A stretch of 64,000 nt of DNA from an uncultured Deinococcaceae bacterium (GCA_964252075.1 CAXULY010000018.1:1-64000); one strand, 5' to 3'. Shown: positions 29,215 through 40,425, counted from the first letter of the stretch. Numbers and translations are program-made. Notes: a model not told the origin generated them from the letters alone.

Positions 29215-30297
29215 ATGACCGTCCTGGCCGCGCCGTCCCCACCTCCTCTGCTGCGGGTGAAGGCCATCTACCTGGAGCCGCGCGTGCGCGAGTACGCGCG
29301 CGGCCAGCAGGTCCTCGCGCGCTTCCCGGACGCGCAGCTGATCGAGGTGCCCTCCCACTGGAACATTCCCGGCCTGCACGGCAATGCGGGACTCGTGGAG
29401 GACTGGGTGCGCGTGAAGCGCGAGGTGCTGGTGCTCGGCGTGCGCAAGACCCTCGCCGCGCGGGCGAACGGCCGCAGCGCCGACTGGATCGCGCCCGGCC
29501 TCGCGAGCGGCTGCGCGATGGCCTGCGCGTACTGCTACGTGCCGCGCCACAAGGGCTACGCGAACCCCATCACCACCTTCGTGAACATCGAGGAGACTGT
29601 GGCCTTCCTGCGCCGGCACGCCGCCGCGCAGGGCCCCAAGACCGAATCGAACACCGTGGACCCCACCGCGTGGGTGTACGACCTCGGGGAGAACAGCGAC
29701 CTGAGCGTGGACGCCCTGATCTCCGACAACGTGCGGGACCTCGTCGCGCTGTACCGCGACCTCCCGAACGCCAAGGCGAGCTTCGCCACGAAGTACGTGA
29801 ACCGCGACCTGCTCAGCTTCGACCCGCAGGGCCGCACCCGCGTGCGCTTCTCCCTGATGCCGCAGCGCGTGGCGCGCGTGGTGGACGTGCGCACCACGCC
29901 CATCCAGGAGCGCGTCCTCGCCATCAACGACTTCGTGGACGCCGGGTACGAGGTGCACCTGAACTTCAGCCCCGTCATCCTGTACGCGGGCTGGCAGGCC
30001 GACTACGCCGAGCTGTTCCAGCAGGTGCGGGACGCGCTGAGCCCCGCCGCCCTGGAGCAGCTCGCGGCGGAGGTGATCTTCCTGACGCACCACGAGGGCC
30101 TGCATGAGGTGAACCTCGGCTGGCACCCCAAGGCCGAGCAGCTGCTGTGGCAGCCCGCCGTGCAGGAGGAGAAGCGCAGCGAGTACGGCGGCGTGAACGT
30201 GCGCTACCGCAGCGGCTTCAAGGGCCGCCAGGTGCGGGCCTTCACGGACCTGCTGGCACAGCACCTCCCGGAGTGCCGCGTGCGCTACGCCTTCTGA
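29215..30297 (+). CDS. Spore photoproduct lyase (SplB)-family radical SAM protein
   Basis: CAMACAYC motif; SFATKYVN, RVRFSL and HLNFSPVI. Confidence 0.85.
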   Translation: MTVLAAPSPPPLLRVKAIYLEPRVREYARGQQVLARFPDAQLIEVPSHWNIPGLHGNAGLVEDWVRVKREVLVLGVRKTLAARANGRSADWIAPGLASGCAMACAYCYVPRHKGYANPITTFVNIEETVAFLRRHAAAQGPKTESNTVDPTAWVYDLGENSDLSVDALISDNVRDLVALYRDLPNAKASFATKYVNRDLLSFDPQGRTRVRFSLMPQRVARVVDVRTTPIQERVLAINDFVDAGYEVHLNFSPVILYAGWQADYAELFQQVRDALSPAALEQLAAEVIFLTHHEGLHEVNLGWHPKAEQLLWQPAVQEEKRSEYGGVNVRYRSGFKGRQVRAFTDLLAQHLPECRVRYAF

Positions 30298-30301
30298 GGC
30301 G

Positions 30302-30850
30302 TCAGGAGTCCGGGGTGGGCGTGGTGCGCCGCAGCAGCGGGTACGGGTTCACGGCCTGCCAGCCGGGCGTGTACACCCCGTAATGCAGGTGCGTGGGCGT
30401 GCCGCGCGCGTTCCCGCTGTCCCCCACGAAGCCCAGCACGGTGCCGGGCTGCACCCACTCGCCGCGCTGCACGTCCGCGTAGCGCTCCAGGTGCGCGTAG
30501 TAGTGGTGGTACCCGCCCGGCCCCGTCACGGTTACGGTGCGGCCCCCGAGGCGGTCCGGGCCGACCTTGGACACCACGCCGCGCGTCGCGGAGCGGATGG
30601 GCGTGCCGCGCGGCGCGAAGATGTCGATGCCCTCGTGCCGCCGCCCCTCGCTGCGCGCCCCACCCCAGGTGTCCGTGAGCCCGCGCCCCGGCAGCGGCGA
30701 AGGCAGACTGGCCGTCACGGGCCCCGGCGCGGCGAGCAATGCCGCGTACTGCCGCGCCCGCTCGATCTGCGGCCACAACCACCACAGCAGCAGGCCGCCC
30801 AGCAGGGCGAACACCAGCAGGGTCAGCACGGCGGGGAGGGCGCGGCGCAC
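30302..30850 (-). CDS. M23-family metallopeptidase
   Basis: HEGIDI, YAHL and HLHYG motifs; N-terminal TM. Confidence 0.92.
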   Translation of the reverse strand: MRRALPAVLTLLVFALLGGLLLWWLWPQIERARQYAALLAAPGPVTASLPSPLPGRGLTDTWGGARSEGRRHEGIDIFAPRGTPIRSATRGVVSKVGPDRLGGRTVTVTGPGGYHHYYAHLERYADVQRGEWVQPGTVLGFVGDSGNARGTPTHLHYGVYTPGWQAVNPYPLLRRTTPTPDS

Positions 30851-30943
30851 GACCGCAGTGTCCCAGAGGCGCGCGCGAGGCGCCGTGCGGGGTCACTCAA
30901 TCCCGCGGGGGAACCCTCACTTTCGCGGGCTAGGCTGCCAGTC

Positions 30944-31444
30944 ATGATCAAGCGTCTCTGGCCCCTCCTGCTGGCCGCGTCGTGCTCCGGCGCGACCGCG
31001 GCGGGTTTTCTGGTGTCGGGCGGCACGATGGCGTCCTCCGTCTTCTGCCGCGTGTACGGCTGCAGCGTCGCGGGGACCGCCTCGGGCGTCAAGGCGTACA
31101 AACTCAAGCAGAACCCCGCCGTGGGCGTGGTGTCGCAGGTGAGTGGGGGGCGGGTGAACCGCATGAGTTTCGTGCTGCAGAACCCCGACAAGGTCAGTGA
31201 CCGCCTGCTCGCGCAGGCCATCAGCAGCGCCCTGCCGGACTTCCAGGTGGCGAGCCTCGGCGCGCGCCACCCCTTCAAGATGAGCGTCGTGTGCCTGAAG
31301 AGCCCCACCCCAGGCAAGACCGTGCGCCTGAACGGGCGGAACTTCAGCTTCAGCTGCACGTACGGCCCGCAGGCGAAAGTCGCGGCACTGTACAAGCTCC
31401 CCGCGAGGACGCCCCTGATCGTCGTGAGTTACACCAGGAAGTGA
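30944..31444 (+). CDS. Secreted hypothetical protein
   Basis: Signal peptide; TAGGCT -10 box 7 nt upstream. Confidence 0.6.
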   Translation: MIKRLWPLLLAASCSGATAAGFLVSGGTMASSVFCRVYGCSVAGTASGVKAYKLKQNPAVGVVSQVSGGRVNRMSFVLQNPDKVSDRLLAQAISSALPDFQVASLGARHPFKMSVVCLKSPTPGKTVRLNGRNFSFSCTYGPQAKVAALYKLPARTPLIVVSYTRK

Positions 31445-31601
31445 GGACCGGGCGCGCGGAAGCCCCTCCACCCAGCCGCGCTTCCCGCCCCTGACGCGAG
31501 AGACGGGGCCGAACGTGACATCGCCGCTGGCCCGTCACCGGCTTCAGGCTCGGCGCCGCACCGCGCCCTCACGACCCGCACCCCGCCGCTACAATGACCG
31601 G

Positions 31602-32507
<906 letters not shown>

Positions 32508-32517
32508 GGCCACCAGG

Positions 32518-33819
32518 TCAGTCCGCGCTGCGGGCGCCCGGGCGGAGCGCGCGGTAGGCGGGCACGCTGAGCAGCAGCACGCCCGCGGTGAGCGTCCACG
32601 CCCACGGAATGGACCAGTGGGTGCTCACGGCGCCGAGGGTGGCGTTGCCGAGCGAGAAGCCGACGAACATCGCGACGGACAGCACGGACAGCATCAGGGA
32701 CCGCCGCCCGTCTGGCACGCGGCCGTTGTAGAGCGTCAGGAACGAGGACGAGAAGGCGGTGCGCGCGAAGTACGTGAGCCACAGGAGGGCTGCCGCGAGC
32801 CACACGGAGCCCTGCCATGCCAGGAGCAGCAGCGCGGCCGCCTGCGCGCCCTGCGTCCAGGCGCCCAGATGGTCGGCGCGCTGCCCGGTGAGGCGCAGGA
32901 GCGGGGTGGCGCTGAGGTTGCCCAGCACGCCCGCGAGGTAGCAGCCCGCCAGGAGCGCCCCGAACACCAGCGTGCCCGACCCGGCCAGACCGAGGCGCGT
33001 GGCGAAGAACGGCTGCCAGTAGGTTTCGGACGCCGCGAGCATCCAGCCGGTCACGGCCTCCAGCGCCAGCAGGGTGGGGAGGGCGGCGTCCCGCCGCACG
33101 AGGCCCGCGGCGTCCATCACCGCGGCGGGCAGGCCGCGCAGGGCGGCGCTCAGGGCCCCCCGCAGCGGGGCGTGGGGGTGGGTGGGGTCATGAATGACGC
33201 GCCACGCGACGAGCAGCGTGAGCGCGTGCAGGGCCAGCGACACCGCGACCACCACGGTCATCGGGGACCACGACGCGGGCAGGGGCGGAGCGGTTGTCCC
33301 CAGCCACGCCGCGAGGCCCGCGCCGACCAGCGGGCCGATTCCGAGCGCGAGGAGTTCGAGGGTGTTGATGCGCGCGAGGCGCGGTTGCAGCGCCACGTCC
33401 GGGTCGAGGCGGCGCGCGGCGCTCACGAACCACGCGTCCAGCGCGCCGGACCCCAGGGCGCGCGCCACGCCCCACAGCACCGCGTACAGCAGGAAGGTGG
33501 TCAGGGAGGTCGCGAGCAGCAGCGCGAGTTTCGCGAGGGTGGCCAGCGCGTACCCGGTCAGCGCGACGCGTTTGCGGCCCACGGTGTCCGCGAGGCCGCC
33601 CGTCGGGATGTCCAGCAGCGCCACCGTGAGGCTGTACACCGCGCCGTACAGGCCGATCTGCGCGAGGCTCAGGCCGCGCGACTCCGCGTACAGCACGGTC
33701 AGGGCGCTGGGCACGCTGGCGGCCAGCCAGTTGAGGGTCACGACCAGCGCGTAGCGGCGCTCCAGCGCGGCGAGCAGACGCTCCGGGGCGGCGGGTGATG
33801 GTGAGGGGGGCAGCGGCAC
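32518..33819 (-). CDS. MFS transporter
   Basis: About 12 TM segments; PTGGLADTVGRKR motif A. Confidence 0.9.
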   Translation of the reverse strand: MPLPPSPSPAAPERLLAALERRYALVVTLNWLAASVPSALTVLYAESRGLSLAQIGLYGAVYSLTVALLDIPTGGLADTVGRKRVALTGYALATLAKLALLLATSLTTFLLYAVLWGVARALGSGALDAWFVSAARRLDPDVALQPRLARINTLELLALGIGPLVGAGLAAWLGTTAPPLPASWSPMTVVVAVSLALHALTLLVAWRVIHDPTHPHAPLRGALSAALRGLPAAVMDAAGLVRRDAALPTLLALEAVTGWMLAASETYWQPFFATRLGLAGSGTLVFGALLAGCYLAGVLGNLSATPLLRLTGQRADHLGAWTQGAQAAALLLLAWQGSVWLAAALLWLTYFARTAFSSSFLTLYNGRVPDGRRSLMLSVLSVAMFVGFSLGNATLGAVSTHWSIPWAWTLTAGVLLLSVPAYRALRPGARSAD

Positions 33820-33849
33820 GTCCCCACCGTGCGCGTTAGGCTACCGGGA

Positions 33850-34524
33850 ATGGCAGGGGGTGATTCCGGTAGGGAGTCCACGGAGGTGCACACCGTCACG
33901 GACGCGCGTCTGGCGCGGGTCCTGACGGACCCGGTCGCCCGGCCGTACTTCGAGCCGTTCCTGGGCCGGGCGCGCAGCGCGACGGAAGCGGCGGTCGAGG
34001 CGGGCTGCGCGCTGGACGTCATGCTGTACCGCGTGCGGGTGTTCCTGAAGGTGGGGCTGCTGAGGGTCGTGGAGGTGCGGCCCCGCAAGGGGCGCGCCAT
34101 CCGGGTGTACCGCACGGCCTTCGACGCGTACTTCATCCCGCACGCGCTCACGCCCTTCGCGACGCTGGAGGAGCGCCTGTACACGACCGCCGAGCCGCAC
34201 CTGCGCGCCTGGGCGCGGTCCGTCGCGGGTCGCCTGCGGGCGCGCGACGCGTCCGGCGTGCGGCTGTACCGCGACACCTTCGGTCAGGTGTTCTCGCAGT
34301 CGGCGGCCAGTGGGGCCGAGGTGGGTGGCCTGGACCTGCGTCACCTGGCGCGGGCCGACCGGCCGCCGGGCTTCGACGTCACCAGCACCCTGCACCTCAC
34401 CGAGCCGGAAGCGCGCCTGGTGCAGGCGGCGCTCGCCGAGCTGTTCCAGGCGTGGCGCTCCCGGTCCGCGCCCGGCGAGGGCCAGCCCTACGCCCTGAGT
34501 GTGTTCTTCTACCGGGAGCCGTGA
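33850..34524 (+). CDS. Winged-HTH regulator-like protein
   Basis: SATEAAVEAG...YRVRVFLKVGLLRVVEVRPRKGRAIRVY; divergent from the MFS gene. Confidence 0.7.
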   Translation: MAGGDSGRESTEVHTVTDARLARVLTDPVARPYFEPFLGRARSATEAAVEAGCALDVMLYRVRVFLKVGLLRVVEVRPRKGRAIRVYRTAFDAYFIPHALTPFATLEERLYTTAEPHLRAWARSVAGRLRARDASGVRLYRDTFGQVFSQSAASGAEVGGLDLRHLARADRPPGFDVTSTLHLTEPEARLVQAALAELFQAWRSRSAPGEGQPYALSVFFYREP

Positions 34525-34560
34525 CGCGCGGCGGCCCGCCCGGCCAGACGCGGGGGGCCC

Positions 34561-35199
34561 TCACGCCCGCCGGTCCTGCGGGGTGAGCAGCACCGTGATC
34601 GCCCAGCGCTCACCCGCGTCGTCCTGAACCGCCTGGAATTCCTCCAGCAGCTGATTCAGGCGCTCCTTGAAGGCCAGGGCGCGCCCGGGGGTGAGGCGCA
34701 GGTCCGCGCCGGTGCCCACCACGCCGCCGAGGCGCGGCTCGTCGCTGCGCCTCAGCGGCCGGATGCTGTTCTCCAGCTGGTCGTTCATCCAGTCCACGCG
34801 CACCTCCCACTGGCCTTCCGCGCGCGCCATGGCGACCGCGAGGTGATCGAGCTGCTCGCGCAGGCGCAGCTCGAAGCTGCTGCCGATCAGCTCGCGCAGG
34901 GTCGCGGCGGGCGTCACCTCGAAAGGCACGCGCCACGGCAGCGGCAGGTGATAGAGCCGCACGGGCCGCCCGGCGCGCGCCCGCAGGCCCGAAAGGTCCA
35001 CCACGCCCGCCGCGAGCAGGCGCTCCAACTGCGCGTGCACGCTGGAGAGGGGCCGGTCGAGGGTGCGCGCGAGGTCACCGGCGCTGGCGTCCCCGAGCCG
35101 CGCGAGTTCCGTGAGCAGCGGCTGCAGCCGCGCATCGAGCAGCAGTCGGGCCTGCAGGGCGTCCGCGCTGCGTTCCAGCTCAGGCCGGACCAGGGTCAT
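34561..35199 (-). CDS. ArsR-like winged-HTH regulator
   Basis: SAGDLARTL..SSVHAQLERLLAAGVV...RAGRPVRLY. Confidence 0.75.
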   Translation of the reverse strand: MTLVRPELERSADALQARLLLDARLQPLLTELARLGDASAGDLARTLDRPLSSVHAQLERLLAAGVVDLSGLRARAGRPVRLYHLPLPWRVPFEVTPAATLRELIGSSFELRLREQLDHLAVAMARAEGQWEVRVDWMNDQLENSIRPLRRSDEPRLGGVVGTGADLRLTPGRALAFKERLNQLLEEFQAVQDDAGERWAITVLLTPQDRRA

Positions 35200-35272
35200 G
35201 CCTCCAGCGTACGCAGTTCCTGCTCCACTTTGCCTGTGGCGTTCGGAGTTGGGCGCGCCGCACCGTGAGGGC

Positions 35273-35434
35273 ATGATTGACTTCCAGCGTCCGCAGGAGC
35301 ACCTGAGTGCCCTCCATCACGAGGCCGAGACGGTCCGGCAGCTGCGCCGCGCGCACCCGGACGCCGTGACCTTCACTGTGCGGCTGGGCGGCTGGCGCCT
35401 CACCGTCAGTCACGCCGCCCCGCGGGGCGCGTGA
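35273..35434 (+). CDS. Small hypothetical protein (53 aa) coupled to the MFS gene
   Basis: MIDFQRPQEHL...PRGA; its stop overlaps the MFS start (GTGA). Confidence 0.55.
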   Translation: MIDFQRPQEHLSALHHEAETVRQLRRAHPDAVTFTVRLGGWRLTVSHAAPRGA

Positions 35435-36663
35435 GCGCCCCCACGCGCCTCTGGAACCGCAGCTTCGTGCTGTGGTGGGTCGGCAACACGCAGAGCAACC
35501 TGGGCAGCACGCTGGCAGGCATCGCCTTGAGTTTCCTGGTGCTGCGCCAGACGGGCTCGGCGGGCGCGATGGGCGTCACGCTGGCGCTCGGCATGCTGCC
35601 CGCGCTCATCGCGCCGCTCGCGGGGACGCTCGCGGACCGCCTGCCGCTGCGCCTCCCGCTCCTGCTGGGCGACGTGCTGCGCGGCGCCATTCAGGTCACG
35701 GTGGGCGTCCTCGCGCTGCGCGGGGACGTGCCGCTGCTCGCGCTGAACGCCCTGGCCTTCCTGAACGGGCTGCTGCTGCAGCTCGTCGCGCCCGCCGCGA
35801 TGGGCGTCCTGCCGCGCCTCGTGCCGCCAGGCGAGATCACGCGCGCCAGCGCCCTCATGCAGTCCACCGGGCAGCTCGCGCAGCTGCTGGGCCTCGTGGG
35901 CGGCGGCGTGCTGGTGAGCCACGTGGGCAGCGCGAGCAGCCTCATCGCGGACGGCGTGAGTTTCTGGGTGATGGCGGCGCTCTTGCCGCTCATCGCGCTG
36001 CCGGGCCGCGCCGCCAGCGAGGGCCACAGCTTCTGGGCGGACTTCCAGGGCGGCCTGCGGTACGCGCGCAGCAGCCTCCTGACGCTGATGATGCCCGTCA
36101 TCGGGTTCTTCATCAACGCGAGCCTCGCGCCGATCGAGGTGCTGCTCCCCAAACGCATGCTGGAACTCGGGGTGGGCGCGCAGGGCTACGGGGTGTTCTT
36201 CGGCATCTCGAGCGTCGGGATGCTGCTCGTCAGCCTCCTCGCGAGCGTCCTGAACCGCCGCCTGCCACTGCGCGCGGGGAGCGTGGCGGGCCTCGTGGGC
36301 ATCGGGCTGGGCCTGCTGGTGCTGGCGCTCACCCGCACGCCCCTGCAGATGTACGCGGCGTCCGCGCTGTTCGGGCTGGCGGTGGGCCTCACGAACACCT
36401 GCATCGGCGCGCTCTTCGCGACGGTCATCGCGCCGGAGTTCCGGGGGCGCGTCGCGAGCCTCATGGGCGCGGTCGGCATGATCGGGCAGCCAATCACGCT
36501 GCTGCTCCTCGCGCCCTTCGCGGACCGCTTCAGCATGGGCGCCCTGTTCACCGGGGCGGGCCTCGTGACGCTCGCCGGGGCGGGCGTGTGGGCGTACGCG
36601 CTGCGCCGCACGCCCACGCCCGCCGCCCCGGAAGGGGACGGTGCCCTGCAGCCCGCCCCATGA
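35431..36663 (+). CDS. MFS transporter (DHA3/H+ antiporter-like)
   Basis: LWNRSFVLWW, APLAGTLADR and EFRGRVASL motifs. Confidence 0.9.
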   Translation: MSAPTRLWNRSFVLWWVGNTQSNLGSTLAGIALSFLVLRQTGSAGAMGVTLALGMLPALIAPLAGTLADRLPLRLPLLLGDVLRGAIQVTVGVLALRGDVPLLALNALAFLNGLLLQLVAPAAMGVLPRLVPPGEITRASALMQSTGQLAQLLGLVGGGVLVSHVGSASSLIADGVSFWVMAALLPLIALPGRAASEGHSFWADFQGGLRYARSSLLTLMMPVIGFFINASLAPIEVLLPKRMLELGVGAQGYGVFFGISSVGMLLVSLLASVLNRRLPLRAGSVAGLVGIGLGLLVLALTRTPLQMYAASALFGLAVGLTNTCIGALFATVIAPEFRGRVASLMGAVGMIGQPITLLLLAPFADRFSMGALFTGAGLVTLAGAGVWAYALRRTPTPAAPEGDGALQPAP

Positions 36664-36667
36664 CGCC

Positions 36668-37825
36668 TCAGGTCGTGTACTCCGCGTTGATGCTCACGTA
36701 CGCCGCGCTCAGGTCGCAACCCCACGCCTCACCGCGCGCGCCCCCTACGCCCAGGTCAACCTCGAAGATCACCTCGTCCGCCCGCATGGCCTGCGACACC
36801 GCCGCCGCCGAGTACTCCAGCGGCCGACCCGCGAAGACCGGCGTGCCCTGCACCGACACCCGCATGCCCTCCAGGTTCAGCTGCGCGCCCGAGCGGCCCA
36901 CCGCCATGATGACGCGCCCCCAGTTCGGGTCGTTGCCGTGCACGGCGCTCTTCAGGAGGGGACTCACGGCGCAGGTGCGCGCCGCGCGCAGGGCCTCGTG
37001 CTCGCTCGCCGCGCCCGACACGCGCACCGTGAGGAGCTTGGTGGCGCCCTCGCCGTCCGCCGCGATCTGCCGCGCGAGGTCCCGCATGACCGCCTCCAGC
37101 GCCTCCATGAAGGCCGCGTGATCCACCGCGCCCGCCACGCCGTTCGCGAGCACCAGCGCCATGTCGTTGGTGCTGGTGTCGCCGTCCACCGTCACGGCGT
37201 TGAAGGTGCGGTCCACCACCGCCTGGAACTCCGCGTGCAGGCGTGAGGCGTCCACCACCGCGTCCGTGAACACGAAGGCGAACATGGTCGCCATGTCCGG
37301 GTGAATCATGCCGCTGCCCTTCGCGACGCCCACCACCCGCTGACCGCCCGGCAGGGTCACGCTGGCGCTCTTGGGCCGCGTGTCGGTCGTCATGATGGCC
37401 GCCGCGAAAGGCGCGAGGTCCGTGGAGAGCGCCGCCCGCAGGCGCGTGACGCCGTCCCGCACCCTCGGCATGGGCAGCGGGTGCCCGATCACGCCCGTCG
37501 ACGCGGTCAGCACGGTCTCCTGTGGCACACCCATCTGCTCTGCGAGGGCGCGCGCCATGTCGGCGTTGTCCCGCTCGCCCGCTGCGCCCGTCGCGGCGTT
37601 CGCGTTTCCGGCGTTCACCACCAGCGCGCGCACGCCCTCATCCCCCGCGTACAGGGCGCGGTTGCGCGTCACGCACGCCGCCGCCGCCGTCGATCGCGTG
37701 CCCGCGAAGGCCCACACGCACGCGGCGTCACTCACCACACAGCTCAGGTCGGTGCGGCCACTCGGCTTGATGCCGGCCGCCAGGGCGGCCGCGTGAAATC
37801 CCTGAGGGAAAACAGCAGAAGACAT
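36668..37825 (-). CDS. argJ: Bifunctional ornithine acetyltransferase/N-acetylglutamate synthase
   Basis: IMTTDT, KGSGMIHPDMATM, DGDTSTND and DGEGATK motifs. Confidence 0.95.
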   Translation of the reverse strand: MSSAVFPQGFHAAALAAGIKPSGRTDLSCVVSDAACVWAFAGTRSTAAAACVTRNRALYAGDEGVRALVVNAGNANAATGAAGERDNADMARALAEQMGVPQETVLTASTGVIGHPLPMPRVRDGVTRLRAALSTDLAPFAAAIMTTDTRPKSASVTLPGGQRVVGVAKGSGMIHPDMATMFAFVFTDAVVDASRLHAEFQAVVDRTFNAVTVDGDTSTNDMALVLANGVAGAVDHAAFMEALEAVMRDLARQIAADGEGATKLLTVRVSGAASEHEALRAARTCAVSPLLKSAVHGNDPNWGRVIMAVGRSGAQLNLEGMRVSVQGTPVFAGRPLEYSAAAVSQAMRADEVIFEVDLGVGGARGEAWGCDLSAAYVSINAEYTT

Positions 37826-38074
37826 GCCGTCAGCTTAGAGGACCCGCACGAGATGAGGAGGGAAAAGGGCAGCGCTCATCCAGACTGCGTTTTTCCCGCG
37901 CCAGCACGTAGGTCACTAAGGGTGATACGCGGGCGTTAACAGTGGCTCACGAGCCTTTAACGTGAGCCACTGTTTATTCACTTCGCTGTAACGGCCTCCT
38001 CACTATCCTCAACGTGGCTCTGAAACAAGCCGTGGAAATCGGCATTAAGCCTCTAGCCCTGGGGAGGGAACAGC

Positions 38075-39010
38075 ATGAAGAAAGTTTATCTGGTACTCGG
38101 CGCGCTCATGTGCGCCTCCGCCGCGCTCGCGCAGGACAACACCATCCAGTTCACGGCACCCGTCACGAACGGCGAGTCGTACGACACGGCGACCGGCGCG
38201 AACGGCAACAAGGCCACCGTGCAGCAGAAGGTCAACCTGATCCTGCCGCAGGCGACGGGCCTGCACCTTACGGCGAACGAGCTGAACTTCGACATCAGCC
38301 AGATCGGTCAGCAGGGCAACGACTGGGCCTGCGTGTACGGCAACAACTACCAGGGCAACGACGTGAGCAGCGGCTTCGACGGCGGCTGGTCCGGCCAGAA
38401 GCAGACCCTGCCCTTGGGCGTGGCGTACACGACCGCGAACCTGCCCTTCGGCAAGATCAACGTCCCCGGCAAGAAGGTCACGTCCTACCCGCCCATCGAG
38501 TTCACGGGCAGCAAGGACGCCGGCAACCTCGTGGCGGGCTCGAAGAACCACTTCGTGTGCTTCCGCATCTTCAAGCTGCAGAAGTTCTCGAACCTCGGGA
38601 ACTTCGACCTGACCGTCACGCGCAGCGGCGGCATGACGACGGCCGACGCGAAGCCCGGCGGCAACCCCGGCAGCACGGAAGGCACCTTCCAGGTGTACAT
38701 GCAGGACAACCCCTGCTACGTCTGGAACCGCGCGGGCAACGACGGCGGCAACGCCACCGGCCTGTACGAGGTCAAGCAGGGCGGCACCATTCACCTCATC
38801 CCGAAAGCCATGGGCGTCGGCACCACGGGTGCGCTCGCCGCGAGCTCGCCCGAGAACTGCTTCGCCAAGGACAAGGACGGCAACTACCAGGGCAAGAGCT
38901 GGCTCGACGACCTGGTCGTCGTGGCGGTGAAGGTCGACGGTGACAAGTTCGGCAAGAACAGCACCACCCTCACCTACACCCTGAACTCCTCGGCCGCCGC
39001 CTTCCAGTAA
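38075..39010 (+). CDS. Secreted beta-rich protein, candidate major structural subunit
   Basis: Signal peptide; G/N/T-rich; several Cys; C-terminal TTLTYTL strand; strongly biased codon usage. Confidence 0.65.
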   Translation: MKKVYLVLGALMCASAALAQDNTIQFTAPVTNGESYDTATGANGNKATVQQKVNLILPQATGLHLTANELNFDISQIGQQGNDWACVYGNNYQGNDVSSGFDGGWSGQKQTLPLGVAYTTANLPFGKINVPGKKVTSYPPIEFTGSKDAGNLVAGSKNHFVCFRIFKLQKFSNLGNFDLTVTRSGGMTTADAKPGGNPGSTEGTFQVYMQDNPCYVWNRAGNDGGNATGLYEVKQGGTIHLIPKAMGVGTTGALAASSPENCFAKDKDGNYQGKSWLDDLVVVAVKVDGDKFGKNSTTLTYTLNSSAAAFQ

Positions 39011-39069
39011 TCAACGACAGAGGGGGCATGGACGTGCGTCCATGCCCCCTCACCTTCAGGAGGAACCTT

Positions 39070-39903
39070 ATGCGTCTGCTGCAGCGAATCATCACCGTGA
39101 TCTTCTTTGGCTCCTGGGCGCTCGGGCAGAGCATCGTCGGACTGGACCCCTCCAACAAGGTGTTTCACGTGACCCCCGGTCAGACCATCACGCAGAGCGT
39201 GGCGGTGTACAACCCGAACGAGGGCGCGGAGAGCTTCAAGATCAACGCGTACCTCGCGGATTTCACGTACAACCCCTTCGGGGAGATTCAGTACGCGAAC
39301 AGCGGCACCTACCCGGAGAGCGCCAGCAAGTGGCTCACGGTGAGTCCCTCCACCGTGGAACTCAAGGGCCAGGACCGCCAGCAGGTGCAGTACACCATGA
39401 CGGTGCCCGCCAACGCCAAGCCCGGCACGTACTGGGTGATGCTGATGTTCGAGGCGCAGGCTCCCAACGCGCAACCTGGACAGCTCGCGGCCTTCCGCAC
39501 GCGGGTCGCGCACACGGTGTGGGTGTTCGTGGACCCCACCGTCAACAAGGGTGAAATCAGCGGGATTTTTGATCAGCAACCCAAAAATGAGAATCAGCCC
39601 GTGTATTTGGGCGTGCAGTACAACAACACCGGCAGCGCCGCAACCGGCGTGCAGGGCCGCATCGAGCTGCGCAACGAACAGGGCGACCTCGTGCAGACCG
39701 TGCCCCTCAAGCTGGAGGTGTCCCTCCCGGGCCGCAGCGTGCTGCTGCAGACGCCCGTCAGCGGCCTGAAGAAAGGCAAGTACTTCGCGCTGGCGGTGCT
39801 GAGCAACGGCTCGAAGGACCAGGACGTGGTGGGTGAATACAACTTCGACGTGCCGTTCGACCTGAAGGGTGACGCCGTCGCCGCGACCGGGAGCCAGCCA
39901 TGA
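39070..39903 (+). CDS. PapD/FimC- or DUF916-like periplasmic chaperone
   Basis: Signal peptide; VYNPN...SASKWLTVSP..VEL....QQVQYTMTVPANAKPGTYWVMLMFE, then a second Ig-like domain (YNNTG...GRIELRN). Confidence 0.65.
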   Translation: MRLLQRIITVIFFGSWALGQSIVGLDPSNKVFHVTPGQTITQSVAVYNPNEGAESFKINAYLADFTYNPFGEIQYANSGTYPESASKWLTVSPSTVELKGQDRQQVQYTMTVPANAKPGTYWVMLMFEAQAPNAQPGQLAAFRTRVAHTVWVFVDPTVNKGEISGIFDQQPKNENQPVYLGVQYNNTGSAATGVQGRIELRNEQGDLVQTVPLKLEVSLPGRSVLLQTPVSGLKKGKYFALAVLSNGSKDQDVVGEYNFDVPFDLKGDAVAATGSQP

Positions 39904-40415
39904 GGCGCGCGCTGGCACTCGCCTCGCTGCTGGTGCTGAACTTCGCGGGCGCGCAGCTGCCCACCGCCCCACAAACGCCGCAGACGCCCCCCGACTGGCT
40001 GGTGCAGACCGTGATTCCCAACGCCCTCACGGTGCGCGTCCCGAAGGCCGGGCTGAGTTTCGCGATTGACAGCCTGAACTACCCGCCGCAGGCGTTCCCC
40101 GCGCAGTACCCGGCACAACCCTTCCCGGTGGATGTGTTCGTGAACACCCCCGGCACCTGGAACCTGCAGGTTCAGCTGCGCGACATCCGCGACGACAACG
40201 GCGTGCTGCTCATTCCGGTGAGTCACATCCTGTTCCGGGTGGACGGCGGCCCGTGGTTGCGCGCGAACGGGACGCCGCAGGTCATCTGGACGCAGCGCGG
40301 CGCGACCGTGGGGTGGCAGCGCGTCCCGGTCGAGTTCACGCTGGAACTGGACGGCAGCGAGCAGGGCGGCAGTTACAACACGCACGCCACCTTCAGCGCC
40401 ATTGTGCTGCCCTAG
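39900..40415 (+). CDS. Secreted single-domain protein, candidate minor subunit
   Basis: Signal peptide; C-terminal GGSYNTHATFSA strand; ATGA-coupled to the upstream gene. Confidence 0.6.
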   Translation: MRRALALASLLVLNFAGAQLPTAPQTPQTPPDWLVQTVIPNALTVRVPKAGLSFAIDSLNYPPQAFPAQYPAQPFPVDVFVNTPGTWNLQVQLRDIRDDNGVLLIPVSHILFRVDGGPWLRANGTPQVIWTQRGATVGWQRVPVEFTLELDGSEQGGSYNTHATFSAIVLP

Positions 40416-40425
40416 GAGGTCTCTC

